Of a stretch of DNA of 64,000 bases, positions 1 to 11,611 are shown piece by piece. The notes below the pieces were generated by a model. The model was not told the origin of the DNA, did no database searches, and saw only the letters and a list, made by a program, of their open reading frames with translations. Position 1 is the first letter of the stretch, and every line of letters starts with the position of its first letter. The DNA comes from Macrostomum lignano. Its lineage: Eukaryota. A program made the position numbers and the translations under genes. The stretch covers positions 35,328 to 99,327 of the forward strand of contig NIVC01001285.1 in the NCBI GenBank assembly GCA_002269645.1. Direction: 5' to 3'.

Positions 1-685
1 CAGTCGTGGCAGAGGGGTTAAGCAGGCGTGTAAGGTAGTTGGCGTGAGAGGCCTTCAGAGACTACCGGTAAACGACCTGTTACACATTAATTAGCAACGC
101 GGACTTTAGCTATGCAGTGGAATTTAAATATTGAAACCTAATGAGTGTTGAATAATATACTTCAAAAAGTTTAGATAGCGGAGAAAGGAGCCTGAAGTTC
201 TTTTAGACTGACAAAAGAGAAACTCGCTTGACACTGAACAAAAACACAGAACAAATAACTAAGATATAAATATCAGGAAAATACAAAAGACGATAGAATA
301 ATTTCCAGTGTAATAAAGTCTCACGAGTAAAAAGTTACAAGTTAAAATATCAAATGTTCAATGTCAAGCTCAAATGGCTTCGCTCCTTCTTGCGCCCAAG
401 CTTCGTTGTTCCTTGTCAATCCAATTGAAAGTAAGTAATGTATACTCCTAGCACAAACACGTTTAAAAAAGGAACTAAGCCATTGACACAACGAAAATAC
501 AATATAGACTTTTAAGAGAGACAGGAGGGCCCACCTAAGAACAGGGGCACCCATCTGGAGGTCAGTACACCTAGGCTCGTAAAAGACACCAAAAATTGTC
601 TCCGCTAATCAAAATTTGCAAGGAGATCCATCCACGATCCGCCACTGACATTTAGAAGAAGCTTTATTATTGGTTTGCGCGTTGG

Positions 686-3230
686 TCACAAGATTTGGGA
701 GGCGAAATATTTCACAGCATCCAAATGATCTCTCAATGAAGCTGCTTTTGCACAATCTGCGAGGCATCCGTCTTTAAGCGATCGGTCACTGATCTGTGAG
801 ACAAAATATTTAGAGACATTCAAGTGATCTTTCCAAACTGCTTCTTGGGCACATTCTGATGAGCATAGGACCTTTATCGATTGGTCACTGATCTGCGAAT
901 CGAAATATTTAGCCATGTCTAATTGACCTTTGTGCGATTGGTCACCGATCTGTGAGAAGAAATATCCAGAGACACCTAGCATATCTCTTCTTGCTACTTG
1001 CACAACATAGGTGACATTTTTCTTTAAGCGATTGGTCATGAATCTCTGAAGCAAAGTATTTAGCATCATCAACGGGATCTCTCCAAGCTGATTCCATTGC
1101 AAAAGCTGTGAGACATCGATCTTTAATCGACTGACCGCTGAGCTGTAGGGCGAAACGTTTTGCCATATCCAAGTGACCTAAGCAGCGGCTGCTTTTGCAC
1201 AAGCGGATAGATATTGCTTTTTAAGCGAGTGGTCACTGATCTTTGAAATGAAATATTTAGCATCATCCTGGTGACACTCCATAGCCGCTTCTTCTGCACA
1301 TTCGATGAAGCTTTCATTTTTGAGCAATCGGTCACTGATACGAGTATGAGAGGCGAAGAATTCAAAATCATCCAGGTGCTACCGTTGCACAATGCAAGAG
1401 GCATTCATCTTTGAGCGATTCGTCACTAATCTGTGTGACAAAATATCTAGCGACATCAAAGAGATTGCTCCTTGCTGCTGCTTTTGCAGATTCTGAGAGG
1501 CATTGAGCTCTGACCGATGGCTTACTGATCCGTGAAGCAAAATATTCAACGACATCAAGATGACCTTTGATAGCTGCTTCTTGAGCATATTTTGAGTAGC
1601 ATTTTTCTTTCAGTGATTGGTCGCTAATCTGGGAGGCGAAGAATTTAACGTCATTCTGGCGACCTTTACAAGATGCTGCGGTTGCGATATCGTCAACGCA
1701 TCCATCTTTGAGCGATCGGTCACTGATCTGTGAGGAGAAATATTTAGCAACGTCCAAGTGACCATTGCTAGCTGCTGCTTGAGCCAATTTATTAAACTGG
1801 CAAGAATCACTGTCTCTGCAAAGGTGTTTAAGGCACAACTTTGCAGCTGAAAGACGTCCTTCTGAAGTTAGCCGGAAAGCTTCTCTGCGAAAGATCGAAC
1901 AGGCGGTTTTGGTAAACGATATGAAATTCTTACGAAGTAAAATTCCACTAATTTAATTTGCTATAGTTGTAGCTATAGGAGTCACTAGGTGTGGTGAGAG
2001 CAGCTTCGAATCCCAGTCATCGTGGAAGCAGCTAGTCATGCGAATTCAATCAGCCTCTTGAGCACACCCAGGCTCGCTGATTCCTATATACACAGGCGCA
2101 TGAAGAACTTAAGCGCAGATTTCCCTGACCTTCCTATCGATCTGTGCACATTGAGCCTAAAAAAGCAACTGTGTTCAGGCGCTACTCAATCTACTTGACT
2201 GGGTCACACGTTTCTCAGTACTTCTTGGTTTGCTCCACCGAAATTTCATTATTCAACCATAATTATCAGCATATGATCTATAAAAGAGCTCTTACCGTTC
2301 CAACTCTTCAGCAGTATCCAGGATGAGTTGCACATCCAGCTGGCCGCTTTGCTTGGCCACCTCAGCTGGAGTGGCGCCTTTCCGGTTTCTCACTTTCGCG
2401 TCGGCTCCGTGCAGCAGCAGCAGCGCCGCCACTTCCACATTGTTTGAGGCTGCAGCCAAGTGCAATGACGAGTTGCCGTCAAGCTCGGCAGCGCTAGAGT
2501 TTCCTCCCAGACTGAGCAGCAGCTGAGCACAGGCTGCATGTCCCTCTGTGGGGTGGCAACAAGCGATGGCTGCCCACATGAGCGGAGTTCTGCAGTTCCA
2601 GTCTCAGAGGTTGCAGTTGAGGGTGCTGAGCTACTACTAGCTACTACTTGAATGTGCTGTTTCTGGTTGCCTTATTAACATCCAATGAATACCAAAAGCT
2701 TCGGCCGACAGTTTTATTTGTGCTTTTGACAGATCTAAAAAGATTTAAACCGCCTGCAATCAGCGGCTCACCTGCCGGAAGCCGTGTCCAACCACTCAAT
2801 GACTGTCGAGTCCGACACGGAACGGTAAGGCAGACGAGGCAGAGGTTGGCCGGCTTCTGCTCCATCACGACTTTTCGCACGAGACGAACTACAGTCGACA
2901 GCAGCTCGTCGTCTCTGAACCGATCAGGTGAGAACGCTGCATCCGCACTCAGCTCCATCTGGAAACTGCTGTATTTATTTTCTACGCTATCGAAGGCTGT
3001 CACCGAGATATTCAGCTTCGAGCCATCGCCTTCAAGCTTGATCTAGCTTGTGTCATGATTTCTACGTTATCGTGCTGCTTGTCCTTGCTCTTTTTATTAT
3101 GGTACCAGCTGCAAGTCGTCAGTTCGTTAAAGAATAAGCGGATGTACAATGGGGAGCCGCCCTCAATCAAGGTTTCGAGAAATTGTTGCTCGAAAGACTC
3201 ATCTGGTTCAGTGCTGCAGTCGAAAGTCAA
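686..3230 (-). pseudogene. Decayed ankyrin-repeat gene: canonical ANK exon followed by an exon of about 11 atypical 33-aa ankyrin-like repeats
   Basis: 2292-2590 encodes (R)TPLMWAA...GHAACAQLLL...DGNSSLHLAAASNNVEVAALLLLHGAD...GATPAEVA. 690-1930 carries a 99 bp period (gtcactgatc at 785 and 884) encoding repeats such as FASQISDQSLKEKCYSKYAQEAAIKGHLDVVEY. The coding frame switches repeatedly between ORFs 1368-1838, 1123-1404, 942-1202 and 686-1102, and also upstream of 2770. The 5' extent is uncertain. Confidence 0.7.
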
Positions 3231-3261
3231 CTTTCGAAGCGAGCTTCGAGGTCATCAGCAA

Positions 3262-3454
3262 TCTGGATGGTAATCCTGTTGTCTGCCTCTTCAAATACGG
3301 TGATTATTCTGTCACCTGGCACTCCTTATGAGACAAGAAACCATAAGGAAAGAGTTTGATAATTGACTTTGAAAGTTTGTGACAAGGACTACTTAACAAC
3401 ACAGGACGTTACACTTGCAAGCATTGGCAGAATTCTAAAAGGCCGCAATTGAAG
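3262..3454 (+). pseudogene. Possible decayed immunoglobulin-like domain exon
   Basis: One frame reads VVCLFKYGDYSVTWHSL*DKKP*GKSLIIDFESL*QGLLNNTGRYTCKHWQNSKRPQLK and ends at an AG|GTATGT donor. The C...W...TGxYxC spacing is Ig-like, but there are three in-frame stops. Confidence 0.3.
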
Positions 3455-4761
3455 GTATGTGTCTATGGTTTTAGTGGCTTTTTTGCTTAGTAATTCGCAT
3501 ACGAGCGTAGTAGTGGAGCATTATAGCCTATAAAGTCGAGCCTAGAGTACCAAGTAGACAAGAGCAAACAGCTAACTTTTCTGCGTTCTCGGAATATTTT
3601 ATTTCTTGCTTCAAATTCAATTGAGTTATACAGGATGCCGACAAAGTGTTGCAAACTCCAGACTGCATCAGCAGTACAAAAGCGGTGAAAAATTGATTTG
3701 AGTTTTAAAGCATTTTAAAATATAGCAGAATAAACTTTAACAAAAAATGGTGTGTAAATCAATGATATCCAGTCCGCAATGTCTATCTATATTTGTACTG
3801 TACAGTGAAGTATCGGTCAGTTGGGCTCACAGCAATAGTAGTAGTGGGCAGGGAGAGCAGCCAAATGGTTCGTCAAAAAGTTAAAAAAAATAATCGATTG
3901 CGAGGAAAGACAAAAGCTTAATTAATTGGCAGTAACTACCATGGCGTTAATTTTGTGTCCATTCAAATAAAAAATGACATCCAACAAATGAAATGTCTCA
4001 CAATCACTGATAATAAGGCGCCCAGAAAGAATCTGAAGAAAAGAAAATCATAATCGTCACTTACATATAAATTCTGACATGAAAATTACTGTCATCTGAA
4101 ACTCAGATGAAATGGTGAGATAGACAGTAAAAGATTGCTATGTAAAATACCTAAAATACCAATTCAAGTGAAAGAAAACTCACGGAAAGACGAGACAGCT
4201 GGGTTAGTAGACATATGTGTCAGGTAAAAACAGTCATGAGTAAACTACAGCCACGTTGTAGAGCAAACAGGAATAGGTGACGATTTGTTAAAGAAAAGAT
4301 TGCCTGCAAGGAGTTAAGCAACCACCCCAAAGCAGAAATCCAGTGTCACTATGGCAAAATCTTCTATTTTTGCCTTTGTTTAGGCAAGATAGATGTAGTT
4401 GCTTAAGACAATAGCTCGTTGGATCCGTTAGACTCCAGGAAGAAGGAAGCCAAAGAATAGAAAAGGGAAATTAGGAAAAAAATCTTTCATCCGAACCTTT
4501 TACCGATGTGGGACTTGACGAGATCGAAGTCCCTGCTTTAGAAACCTAGGCCTATTGATGGTAGAACGGCGGATATACTCAGCTTCCAACAAATTGCAGT
4601 AACTGACTAGTGTGCGTCTTAGCCAGGAGACGCTGCATGGCGCCTTCCAAAGCGCGCAGTCTCATAGGAACGCCTCACATTGGCTCTCACTGGCACGTCG
4701 TAAGGTCTAAACAAGCCGAGCTTTGAAACTGGATTACACAACAAATAGCCTTAATCATAAC

Positions 4762-5091
4762 CAGTGGCGTCCCCCAGTAAAAGCCCAGTAAAAGGACAAA
4801 GCCCACCCCACCTTGTGACCCGTTATGGAAAGCAAAGCGTTGGCGACAAAACATAACGCCACCAAAATGAGTGCCTGCGGCGCAAAAAAATGAATGCCTA
4901 GGCGCTAAAATGCTTGCCTGCAGCGCTAAAATGAATGCCTGAGGCGCTAAGATGAGTGCCTGGGGCGCTAAGATGAGTGCCGACAACACCGATTTCTGAA
5001 AATGATGTACATGTAAGAATTTCGTCATGTACATGTACATTTAAAATTCTTGGCTTTGTCCCACACCAAAAAATCCATGGCGACGCCCCAG
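4762..5091 (+). mobile_element. Non-autonomous TIR-type dispersed repeat (MITE-like) with internal ~21 bp tandem repeats
   Basis: Degenerate inverted ends cagtggcgtcccc / tggcgacgccccag. About 6 internal copies of aaaatgaRtgcctNNggcgct at 4862-4980. A diverged inverted homologue lies at 13812-13955. Confidence 0.45.
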
Positions 5092-6414
5092 AACATAACT
5101 GTTTATAAAACATGTGATTGGGCTTCTATATAGCAATGTCCAGTTTGCAAATCAAAAGGAAAAAAATTATCGTTCGCCGGATCCTCTTCATCGTTAAGGC
5201 TCTGTAAACTTGCTAGAAAAGTTTTAGTTTTTTAATTCAAAGTGGAGAAGCTTTCGAAAGAAAATAGTTTATTTTATCTACGAAAAAAGTTAATCATTTT
5301 AACAATTAAAAAACTCGTCGCTATTCTAAGACTAAGCTAAAAATCAGTCTATAACACTAGATAAGATATGCTTTGTAAAAGTATAGGAATATTATAAATA
5401 GGCAATAAAATACAATAAAACATTGAATGAAAATTATTTTAGACGACAATAAAGACAATAACGAATTAGAAAATAGAATTTTGAGTTCAAATTTAAGAGG
5501 CAAATATTCATTTTTATCGATTTAAACAAGGTTTCGATACATGAGTTAAAAATATGCATTTCAAATAGATTTTAAAGATACGATTGGGACAATCAACGCA
5601 AAAATAGAATTATAGATTTCATAGATATTATAGATTTCAGATTTAATAAAAACTTTAAATTCGACTTCATGCCGAATAGCATAAAACCGATCCATTTTAA
5701 GCATATACATTTAAGTTTTGCGAACGTCATTTTGTCAATGCTGGGTGTAAAATATCGCTGAAAAAATATTAAATTTTTCTTCTTTCAAAATCACTCAAAA
5801 TCCAAAGATCTCCACTTCACAGATGTTGATTGCATTGTCCAGCAAGCTGATGATTCCGAATTTGCTGCCGAAGGCGTTGCATTGGAAGGTGGCCACAGAA
5901 AATTTATGTCTGTCCACTCGGTAGCACTCAGTGCCGTCCACCTGCAGGGACAGCTTATCCAGTCGGGCAGTGCAGCAGTCCTGCCGGTTGTAGATGGTGA
6001 CATGCGAGACGAGGGCGGGTCGGGACTGCTGGCCCTCCCACCAGCCTACCTCACCGCCAATCGTGTGGGTGCAGGATTTATAATAGTAGTCCTGGTTCGT
6101 ATCGCCATCGATTGCTCTTTCGCAAACTCCTCCCTCATGGACCGAGCTCTGGTTGCAGCTGATGAAGCTCAGCTTCACTGCGTCTAGAATGCAAAGTATA
6201 CAGCATAACTGCAAGATAAGCACTGAAAGAACTACATATTTGTGCATCATGCTCTTAAACTCACCATTCTTAACGGTGTAAACATCGCAGACATCCGAGT
6301 TGACTTACTTGACTTGACTTAGCTGCAGGGCGGTCCGAAGACGCAGCGGGGAGGCGAGCGTCGCCCATTCCGCTAATCCCTGAAAGACCCGCATAGGCTA
6401 GGGCGCGGGGCCGG

Positions 6415-9400
6415 TCAGGGAGGTCTGCCGGTCCTGTCTGCAGCGTTGTCTTCGGTGGGGAAGACGGAGGCTCGCTTGGTGGCCCGAAGGAACCGGATGA
6501 GCCGTGGGATGTTCTCGGGCCGGCAAACGTCGTCCAGGGACGGGTTGGGTCCGAGGTGGTTGAGCCGGTCTCGGTTGAAGGTCGGGCAGTAGCAGACGAA
6601 GTGCTTAGCGTCTTCGTTCTCGAGGTTGCAGAAAGGGCAGAGTTCGCTCCGGCGGGCACTTTGGAGGAAGCAGTGCCTGGCAAAGCAACCGTGACTTGTG
6701 AAGGTCATAGTGAGAGCGCGGATATCTTTTCGATTTTGGTTCAAAAGGATTCTCCGCAGCTTGAGGGACGGATTGGGCACTGCCGCACGAGATTGGCGGC
6801 AGTTGGAGATACCATCCCATCTGCGCAAGTGCAGAATGTCCGCCCAGTCGTTAATCTGACGATTAATGACTGTGGCGGGGATGGGGGCCAGGGGCACGGG
6901 GCCAAGGGGCGAGCCGGAACAGCCCGCCTTAGCGAGGGAGTCGGCCAGCTCGTTACCTTTGAAGCCGGCGTGTCCTGGGATCCACGTAAGCCGGACGGTG
7001 TTCCTCCGAGCCAGCTTGTTGAGCTGCCAGATACAGTCGCGGACTGTTCGGGAGTTCGTAGTGGTGTGACACAGGGCCTGCAAAGCGGCCTGGCTGTCAG
7101 AGTGGAAGAATATTCTTCTGTCCTTGAAGTCCCTGCAGTGGAGCTCAGCTGCACAGGAGCTGATGGCAAGGACTTCATTCTGGAAGACGCTGGAGAGTCT
7201 GCCAGTGTGTTGGGCGTGAGTAGCAATTACGCGGCCGTTGATAAGGATGCAAACTCCAAAGCCGGATAAACCGTCTTTGGAGGATCCGTCAGTAAAGCAG
7301 TGAACCTCCTGAGGGGCCCAGCTGTCGTTGGCGTTCTCCCTGGAGGGGATAGTGACCTTGAAGCGTTGGTAGAGACTGAGGGAGCGCGGCTCAGCGTCCG
7401 AAAGGACAGCCGCACTCCCACTCTCCTCCAGAACTTTAAGGCACAGGTCAGAGTGCGGCAGAAGCTTGCGCTTCGCCATCGCTCTTTGAGGCTTGAAGCT
7501 GACGCCAGCCTCGATGAGCCGGCGGGTGGTTTTAGCGGCCTCGCGATGGACAAAGATGTCCAGAGGCGGGAGGCAAAGAAAGGCGTTGAGGCCGTCAAAG
7601 GGAGCAGAGAGCGGGGCATTCAGGATCATGCGGCACGCACGTCCCTGCACCCTTTTGAGGGCTTCGTGGCAGGTTTTGATCTGCAAGGCGCTGGTCCAGA
7701 CCAGGCCGGCGTAAGTAACGGCCGGTCGGACCATTGCGGTATAGATCCACCAGAGCCGCTTCGGGGTGAGGCCCCAGGTGGTGCCGACGGCTCTGCGCAG
7801 CTGCGCAAGAATCGCGAGGGCTTTTTTGGTTTTGGCCTGAACATGGGTGGACCAGCTCAGCCGGTGGTCCAGCGTAACGCCGAGACACTTGGTTTGCTTG
7901 CAGGATGGAATTTCCACCCCGTAAAGCTTTAGTGGGCGAATACGCCAGTTTACCCTGCTGGTGAACATGATCGCGACAGTTTTGGTCTCAGAGAGCCTGA
8001 GGCCGCACCTGTCCGCCCAACGTTCAGCAGAGCGAATGAAGTTTTGCAGAAGATCCCTAAGGGTTTCAGGTGACGGTCCGGATGCCACGGCTGTGACATC
8101 ATCGGCGTAACCGACCTTGAGGATGGGGTCAAGATGGCTGTCCTGGAGGAGCTCATCAATGACCATGTTCCAGAGAACTGGAGAGAGGACACCGCCCTGG
8201 GGGCTGCCTTTGCAGACGGTTACCGTCCGATGGTGGCCCAGCAGGTGTGCGGTGGCAGTACGTGGCTGATCATATACATGATCCACCGGGTGAGGTGCGA
8301 GTGGGTTCCTCTAGCACGTAGAGCTCTGTCAAAAGCCTCAAAGAGGACATTATCAAAGGCTCCAACAATGTCGAGGAAGACAGCGAGTGCGTAGCCATTA
8401 CCAAGAACGGCTTTCTCCAGCATGTCAACCAAAACGTGAAGCGCGCTCTCCGTGGACCTGCCTGCCCGAAAGGCGTGCTGGTTCTCACTGAGCGGCTTGT
8501 TTTTCAGTTCCACAGAGAGGAGGCGCCAGAGCACCAGTCTCTCTAATAGCTTCACCAGTGAGGAGGTGAGGCTAATTGGTCTGAAGGATTTAATGGACCG
8601 GTAGTCCGGTCGGCCGGGCTTGGGGATAAAAACCACCTTGGCCTCGGTCCAGGGTTTCGGAACAAAGCCGATAACAATGCAAGCTTTCAGAAGCCGGCAA
8701 AGGTTCCGCAGCAAACCGGTGCATTTCACCGCCTCCCGCAGGAAGGCTGGCACAACGCCGTCCGGTCCTGGGGATTTGAAGGGTTTGAAGGAGGAGACTG
8801 CTTTAGTAACTCGGTCCTCCGTGATGATTGAGTCGGCCAGTACGTGTCCGCCCACTGAGTGATCAGGGGGGTCGGGCCTGGCTGGCTCGTTCGGGAATAA
8901 CGCTGTCAGCATCGCTTCCAGTGTTTCTCCTGGGTTCTCAGTTAGCGAGCCGTCGGCTTTTTTGACTGAGGAGAGTTTGGAAATTTTGTCCAGGGTGAGG
9001 GCTTTAACGATTCTAGAGGTGGGGCGGGAGCCCTCAAGTTCCTCACAGTATTCGCGCCACTTGTTGGGTTTGGCGTTCCTAACCTGCCTCTTGAACTCGT
9101 GGATAGAGTTCAGGTAGGCGGTTTGGTCGGCCGGGTTTTTAGTTTTTTGGGCCCTACGGTGAAACCTTTTGGCTCTGCGACGGAGGTCGCCAAGCTGCGG
9201 GTTCCACCATGGGGCCGACTGTTTGCCTTTATATGCCTTTAGCGGGCATGAGGCTTTGAAGGCAGCAGTTAGCGAGTCCGTAAGTGCGGCCGCAAATTCA
9301 TCTGCTTCCTCGCAGGTGTTGATGGAGACTGGAGTGCTAGTGCAACGATAGGTCTCCTCCAGGGCAAGCCTGAAGGCGGTCCAGTCGGTATTCCTAGCAT

Positions 9401-10405
9401 TCCGTTTCCAGTAAAGCTGGCCTGCGTTTCGGGCGCCGGCCAGCGTGAAAGAGATGAACTTGTGATCGGAGAGGGACGCCTCAGGAAGCACCCGCCACTC
9501 CCTAGTGCTCTGGAAGAGCCTGGGCGTGGCGAGGGTGGCATCCAGCACCTCCGATCGGCGTCCGTTATTGAAGGTAGGGGTACTACCCGAGTTACAGAAC
9601 TCAAGGGTTGTAGTAGCAATATAAGCCAGGAAGTCTTCACCTCTCTGGTTTATATCAGAACTGCCCCAGTGGGTGTGGTGGGCATTGATATCGCCTGCCA
9701 CAAGCAGCTCATAGTTTCTGGTGGAGCAGAGCTCGACCAGTGTGACAAGCTCTACTGGGATCATCTCGCCGTCGCCCGGTAGGTAAACCGAGGCGATGAG
9801 GGTAGTCCTCCCAGGGAGTATGTCTTCAGATTGGATGACGCAGATGTCCCTGGTGGACAGGTCCGATCTGAGCCATGCGTTAATAGAACTGGACACCATG
9901 ATGCAGGATCTTTGACTTACTTTGACTTAGCTGCAGGGCTGTCCCGGAGGGGACACAGCGGGAAGGCGCGGGCGCCCATTCCGCTAGTCCCTGAACGGCC
10001 GACGCGTCGCTATGGACGGAGGGTTGGCGCCGCCCAGGGAGGTCCCCCAGTGTCGCCAGCAGCTATAATAGTGCTCTCTGGAAAGGAGAGTTCAGCCCTG
10101 CGGGTGGCCCGAAGGTAGCGCATGAGCTGATTAAAGTTTTCGGGTTTGCACGCTTCAGTAATAGAGTAATATGTAATATTCAGTAATATGCAGGATCTTG
10201 GTGCCAGGTTTCCCTCCCGGGTACCAGCGGTTAAACACTGGTAGCCGGTGGGGACATGTTGGGGACTGCCCCTTAGCGTCCAAGGTTCCTGGATAAGGAT
10301 AATCCCTGGCGTGTATTGGTCAGTGTGCTTCAAGAGGTTGACTGAAGCACCAATGCTGTGCTGCAGGTTGACCTGCAAGCAGTGGATGCCCTGGGAGACA
10401 GTCAT
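6415..10405 (-). pseudogene. Family 1 ORF2 (APE endonuclease-RT-RNase H-CCHC), interrupted
   Basis: Motifs LQVNLQH, ILIQEPW, GDINAHH, LSDH, KSPGPDG, PQGGVLSP, GYADD, FTDGS, WIPGHAGFKGNELAD and CPFC...HFVCYC. Broken by the nested insertion at 9913-10187 and by a 1 bp deletion near 8262 (MISH/RTATAHLL). Confidence 0.9.
9913..10187 (-). mobile_element. 5'-truncated 3' fragment of LINE family 2 nested in the family 1 endonuclease domain
   Basis: 12 bp TSD ATGCAGGATCTT at 9901-9912 and 10188-10199; removing the insert restores LAPRSCIMVSSS. 9913-10165 is near-identical to 14367-14612 apart from the tail and a 3 bp indel. 22 extra junction bases occupy 10166-10187. Confidence 0.95.
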
Positions 10406-10407
10406 GT

Positions 10408-11183
10408 CTACTGTCCAGGGGAGGAGAAAAGCAACTCATTCTCAGCCTCATCGGTGAGAGTTGAGTCGCTAATTTCCATTGGCTCAGGCTCAGCCGCCTC
10501 CCCAGCCGCCGCAGAGGCGGACACGGCGCCCACAGCAGATGAGTCACCTAGCCGCGCTACACCGCCCTCCTCCCCAGCGACTGGGGTACGGCTGCTGCCT
10601 TCGCCTTGCGCCCCGCCGTCGGGAGTCTGAGCTCGGCCGGCAGCGTCCTCCTGATGGTAATCCCACCAGTTGGAAGGCTGAGCCATGCCGTCGTTCAGTT
10701 CCCTCGGCTGGCTTTCAGTGCTTTTGCGAGCGGCACGAGTCTGCTCGAGGTGAAGTCTCAGAGACTGAGCTTCGTCAAGTGCGCGCTGGATTAGCCCGGA
10801 CCGCCGGTTACTGCGGGCGGGTCTACGTCCGCGCGAGGCGGACTCAGCAGCGCGAATAGCCTTGTTAGGCTCAGGATCAGGTTGCTGCTGCCGCTTGGCC
10901 GGCGGGGCCTGAGCCCCAGCTCCGGGAGCGGCGCGCTTCCCGTCTTTCTTGGTCTCCACCTTGCCCTCCTCACAGCGGAGGATGGTCAGTTGATGGAGAC
11001 CAAGGTGGAGGTTTGTGCCGTGCGGTAGCCGCTTGGCCCATCCCTCCGTCAGGCCGAGGATGACGGTGGCCCCGGTCGTGCCCTTGCGGACCGTGCTGTG
11101 GTACACAAGACCACTGGCGTCGAGATCCGGGTGCCGCTTGAGCAGGAGCTGCCGCAGCTGCTCCCCGGACTTGATCGCGCTTG
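10408..11183 (-). CDS. Family 1 ORF1, C-terminal part
   Basis: LLKRHPDLDASGLVYHSTVRKGTTGATVILGL is homologous to family 2 ORF1 LLRLNPDLPASGLVYHRKVRRGETGNSIVLGL. It stops 2 nt before the ORF2 ATG (TAG AC ATG). Confidence 0.8.
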
Positions 11184-11540
11184 AGACATCTTGAGACATC
11201 ACTTGAGACATCCGAGTTCCCCCAGGCGTCATTGTGGAAAGCATTGAAGTTGAAAAATCTGCACAGACCCTGCATCAGCCAGCTGAAGCCATAGCAGTCA
11301 GATTTCAGACTGCACAGCTCGGCGCATTTCAGCCTGCCGATACCAGTCAGAGTCTCCATGGCAACCGGAGCTGAGACGCTCCTCATTTTGGCAATGGAGA
11401 ACATGACTCGAGCTGTCGCTGGTCCAACAATAAGAGCTACACAGAGCAGCATAATAAGGGGATAATTGCTATGCATGTTTGAATTTTTATTCAGCTATCT
11501 TTCCAACAAAAGCAACCTTTTCAAAAAGTCTCAGCTCCTG

Positions 11541-11611
11541 TTTTTATAGTTACGGATGAGTTTTTGTCCAATTTTTTGCATGCGGTTTGCTGATTGGCCG
11601 AATCTGATTGG
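11541..11611 (-). promoter_or_regulatory. Putative promoter of lectin gene A (two CCAAT boxes and a TATA box)
   Basis: The minus strand reads gtCCAATcag attcggCCAATcag (11611-11591), then TATAAAA (11548-11542), about 65 bp upstream of the ATG at 11476. Confidence 0.5.

Larger units (their letters stand above)
6302..11205 (-). mobile_element. Non-LTR retrotransposon family 1 (LOA/R1-like), 5'-truncated within ORF1
   Basis: 13 bp TSD AGACATCCGAGTT at 6289-6301 and 11206-11218. The 3' tail is (AAGTC/AAGT)n. ORF1 remnant 11183-10408; ORF2 10405-6415 encodes APE, RT (YADD), RNase H and a CCHC knuckle. Confidence 0.95.
5795..11476 (-). pseudogene. Lectin gene A: secreted PAN/Apple + F-type lectin (F5/8 type C fold), disrupted by a LINE insertion in exon 1
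   Basis: Exon 1 = 11476-11206 plus 6301-6265 (TSD counted once), reading MHSNYPLIMLLCVALIVGPATA-RVMF...CAELCSLKSDCYGFSW...GLCRFF...GNSDV|CDVYTVKN. A phase-1 GT-AG intron spans 6264-6184. Exon 2 = 6183-5795 and carries the fucolectin motif H-x26-RQD-x4-R. The frame is intact once the insertion is removed. Confidence 0.9.

Noticed and set aside
1-66. tRNA-Ser-like sequence (cagtcgtggcagaggggttaag...gactac)
   Set aside because: An A-box-like start and a partial acceptor stem are present, but there is no B box or T arm, and it is cut by the window edge. At most a decayed SINE head.
3012-3230. NACHT/STAND GxP motif (GGSPLYIRL) upstream of the left ankyrin exon
   Set aside because: A single short motif with no Walker A or B nearby; insufficient support.
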